In this document: positions 60,926 through 64,000 of the stretch, in pieces | Layout: every line of letters starts with the position of its first letter | How positions within the stretch are numbered: position 1 is the stretch's first letter | Assembly (NCBI RefSeq): GCF_040938485.1 | Contig: NW_027271164.1 | Span: forward strand, 124,001-188,000 | DNA length: 64,000 nucleotides | Direction: 5' to 3' | From: Diadema antillarum | Lineage: Eukaryota | Notes under the pieces: generated by a model | Told to the model about the DNA's origin: nothing | Database searches by the model: none | Seen by the model: only the letters and a program-made list of their open reading frames with translations | Position numbers and translations under genes: made by a program

Positions 60926-62127
60926 TTTGGACAAGTATATGCAGTGAACATAGCAATGAGTGAAGAGAAAGATAAGAAACACCATAGCATATATGAATGC
61001 TCATTATAAGAAAGTACATGATATATCTGCTAAATTCCTTGGTGAAAATTCATGAAAATTGTAGGCATGTACAGGGCTGTAACAATCCCTACATCAAAAT
61101 CTGGGTGATTTCAACGGGCAATCAGGAAGACACCTGTGTATTACATTCATTTCGAAAGACCAATTGGATATCTGAATCACAGAGGATTTTGTATTTCATT
61201 GTCAGGACACAAAAGATAAATCTCAGTTTTCAGGAATCATCCTAAAGAATCTGGAAGACTATGCAGGTCTGCATACAGTATTTAAGTGTTTACTTTTCAT
61301 CCTGATAATCCTTTTCCTCTCCTCACATCTCTCAATCTTTTCTTTTCCACTAACAATGGCACCCAATACAATTTCAAGACAATCACTGTACAGATATAAA
61401 AAATCAATCATAACTGATTCCTTTAATGATAAACTTTGTACAATCATAATCACTCTTTTCCAGTACTTACATGAATGAAAGGTTACATACATAACTAAAC
61501 AAAATACATGTATATTTGAATAACACCATTTACATGTAGCTACGAGCATTATTCATATGAATATGTATGAATATTGCCCACAGTATATTGTAAATGAAGA
61601 AGTCAAGGAATGATATTATACTTTAATCAATTATGAAATCACTGTATTGTGTGTACATCAATATCTATTGAGAAAAAGATTTGTAATATTTTTTTTGTGT
61701 TGCAGATTTTGAAACAGCCATTCAAGTCGATCCAGTTGCACAAATTATATACACTAGTCTCAGATACACAATAAAGCTGACTTTTACCTCCATGGACCGT
61801 AGTGTTGCCATTAGTTTAAAAGAGCAAATTGAATACTGTAAACGGTAAAGAAGTCACCTGATGTTGAGAAGATACATGTACATCCCACATGACAGAAAGT
61901 GCCAATAATGTTGTATTGATCTATATGTAAATTATCATACGTTACAGAAAATTATTTCCACCAATATTGTATGATAATATTGATTACATTAGATTAAAAA
62001 ATGGAAGAAAAGGGTAATGGATAATATGCCATGGGGGGGGGGGGGGGGGGAGGCAGCAGACAATGCTACTAATGGAAATAACTAGCAATTCCGATAAAAG
62101 TCCACCTTTCAACCAGTATCTTCATTC

Positions 62128-62137
<10 letters not shown>

Positions 62138-62178
<41 letters not shown>
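62138..62178 (+). repeat. Poly-G tract (41 nt); a second 18-G run lies at 62033-62050
   Basis: Direct count. Confidence 0.8.
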
Positions 62179-62181
<3 letters not shown>

Positions 62182-64000
62182 GCAGGCCTGGCTACAATAC
62201 GGGCTGGTTACTGAATCAAAATGCTCGGTATCATGATTGTTACTGTCCTTACGCCACAAGCACTGCACAACGGTCCTATAATTTGACATCCTGTGAATCA
62301 CGTTACCCTTGACCCTATCATCCATGCTCTAGTCATTGCAACTATCAGAAACGGGAAAGTTATTTGCTTTAAAAACTAAAGGAATAGCAAAAAAAGAGAA
62401 AAAAAAAACAAGGAGAAAAGGGACATGTTCAAACAAGACATCCAGGTCCAGATTTCTAGCCTGTTGTGCAATATGCAACAACACAGCTGGAGTGTGTCTG
62501 ACTAAGAGATCAACTTCCCACTAGACATCACTGCCAAATACATGTCATGCACCACTTTGTAAAGGTCGCAATACCCCGTAGATGCAAAAATCCTGTAAGG
62601 AAGTCAGTTTTTAATGCAGGAAAGATGGTAATAATCGACTCAGTCCCAATTGGCTTGGAAAACAAAACAAAAGGAGAAAAAAAAATGTCTAGTGCAGAAT
62701 TGTGCATTTATGACTGAAATCTGGGCTTAACATTACAGTAGTCAATCCATCGCCAGTTTACACCATCTGCTAACTGAATAATCAAATGTGCTAGACAACC
62801 ATCCTAGATGTACTTAATAGTAAAAGCTTACAAGAAAATATTCAGCTACATGGTGAAATAGGATACAAGCTGCCACATTCAGAGATCAACATACATGTAA
62901 CATGGTTATCACACACAAGACAGAGACTTGCCAATCACTCAATCATGCTAAAACATACTCTGTGTCTCCTCTGTCATACAAGACGTTAAAATTTGAAAGA
63001 GAGCATTACAGCATCTCGCCTCCCTGATTACAGCCATAGTTCAATCTTCTGTGTAATGGCTAAATAGTTAAATACATATATACATGATGTCTGCTAACAT
63101 TGAAGGCATCGTGTGGAAATACAAATGTCACCTTGCAAAGGTTTTGAATTCAAAATTGGTAAGATGTGTACATAAGTCACTGTCGTGGGTTATACTCTAA
63201 TATCCTATAGATGCTGAAAATTTTTTAAAACATTACAGGACAAAAAGACTAACAGGGGTGGTAACGAAATTAATTAAGAACACTACTTTAAACCTATTCT
63301 CACAGTTCAATTTGTGAAGCGTTAAGAATTTACAGTGCTTTTCCTTGACTGGAGCAGAAGGCATTGACATATACACTGTAACACTGTAAGGTTGAACTGT
63401 TAGAAAAATTATCCCTTCTGACATTCTGGTATTTAAAGATAGTTTTAGAGTTGACATTGTCTATATGTATCCCATGTTGTCTGATTGTCAAGGTATTCCA
63501 AGGGCACTGGAACCAGTGAGTGAGAGTACAAAATCAATGCTCATCAATTTTCTGATGCCGTTTACTCTGCTTAAAAAGAAGCTTCACAGGGCACTTCTGG
63601 GATTCATTACATCACAGGTCGAATTTATGAACACAGGTTCCACCATACCAGGGAGATGGAAAAGAGTTCTCTCTTCCACCTCCCTGTATACACGTACTAT
63701 ACAAATGCAGTAATATACTGAAATTTTCACATGTCTCCAAATGGCTTGGAACATCTGTATACAAATTTGCTTGGAGCCACATGTCTTCCTTAGTCTGTGC
63801 GCGATGATGATGATCATATTCCTGAAGAATATTCATTCATATTACACTGATTTATATCAACTTTTACATAATGAGAGCTCATGGTTTAAATCTAACCCTC
63901 TCAGCTCAGCTTCCTCAAAACACCATAGACATTGTATGCAGAGTAGTTGGCCATGGTCATAACAGAGGTACATGTCACCTTGGTACTTTACTTCACCAGG

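Noticed and set aside
62033-62178. Long poly-G runs (also 36339-36372) as G-quadruplex elements
   Set aside because: Pure homopolymers in a gapped assembly; lengths are unreliable and there is no contextual support for function.
63584-63817. IIIIAHRL resembling the ABC-transporter H-loop
   Set aside because: The following residues do not fit an ABC domain and there are no Walker or signature motifs nearby; chance match.

Overview
Intron-rich, AT-rich animal genomic DNA; the repeat landscape suggests a marine invertebrate such as an echinoderm, but this is inference. No rRNA, tRNA gene or CRISPR array was recognised. Two host genes were rebuilt by hand with continuous frames and GT-AG junctions, and they lie head-to-head. 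On the minus strand is a 16-coding-exon HDGFL2/HRP2 (LEDGF-family) gene (9636-28342, 1199 aa: PWWP, charged linker, integrase-binding IBD/TND domain, then a ~500-aa acidic tail with internal repeats). On the plus strand is an 8-coding-exon CRPPA/ISPD gene (35568-41586, 401 aa). The last intron of HDGFL2 holds a complete, co-oriented pogo/Tigger transposon (10642-14170) with TIRs, a TA duplication, an intact 509-aa ORF whose second catalytic Asp is Asn, and an internal ~175-bp tandem array. A strong splice acceptor 34 nt upstream of the transposase ATG is in phase with the last HDGFL2 donor, so a 1699-aa HDGFL2-transposase fusion isoform is predicted; this is the top finding and needs RNA evidence. 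Downstream of CRPPA is a transposon graveyard (RTE-like LINE tail, decayed hAT, decayed two-gene EnSpm/CACTA). There are also many MITEs, Helentron-like elements (one nested in a MITE), a probable terminal exon of an upstream plus-strand gene, and three assembly gaps.
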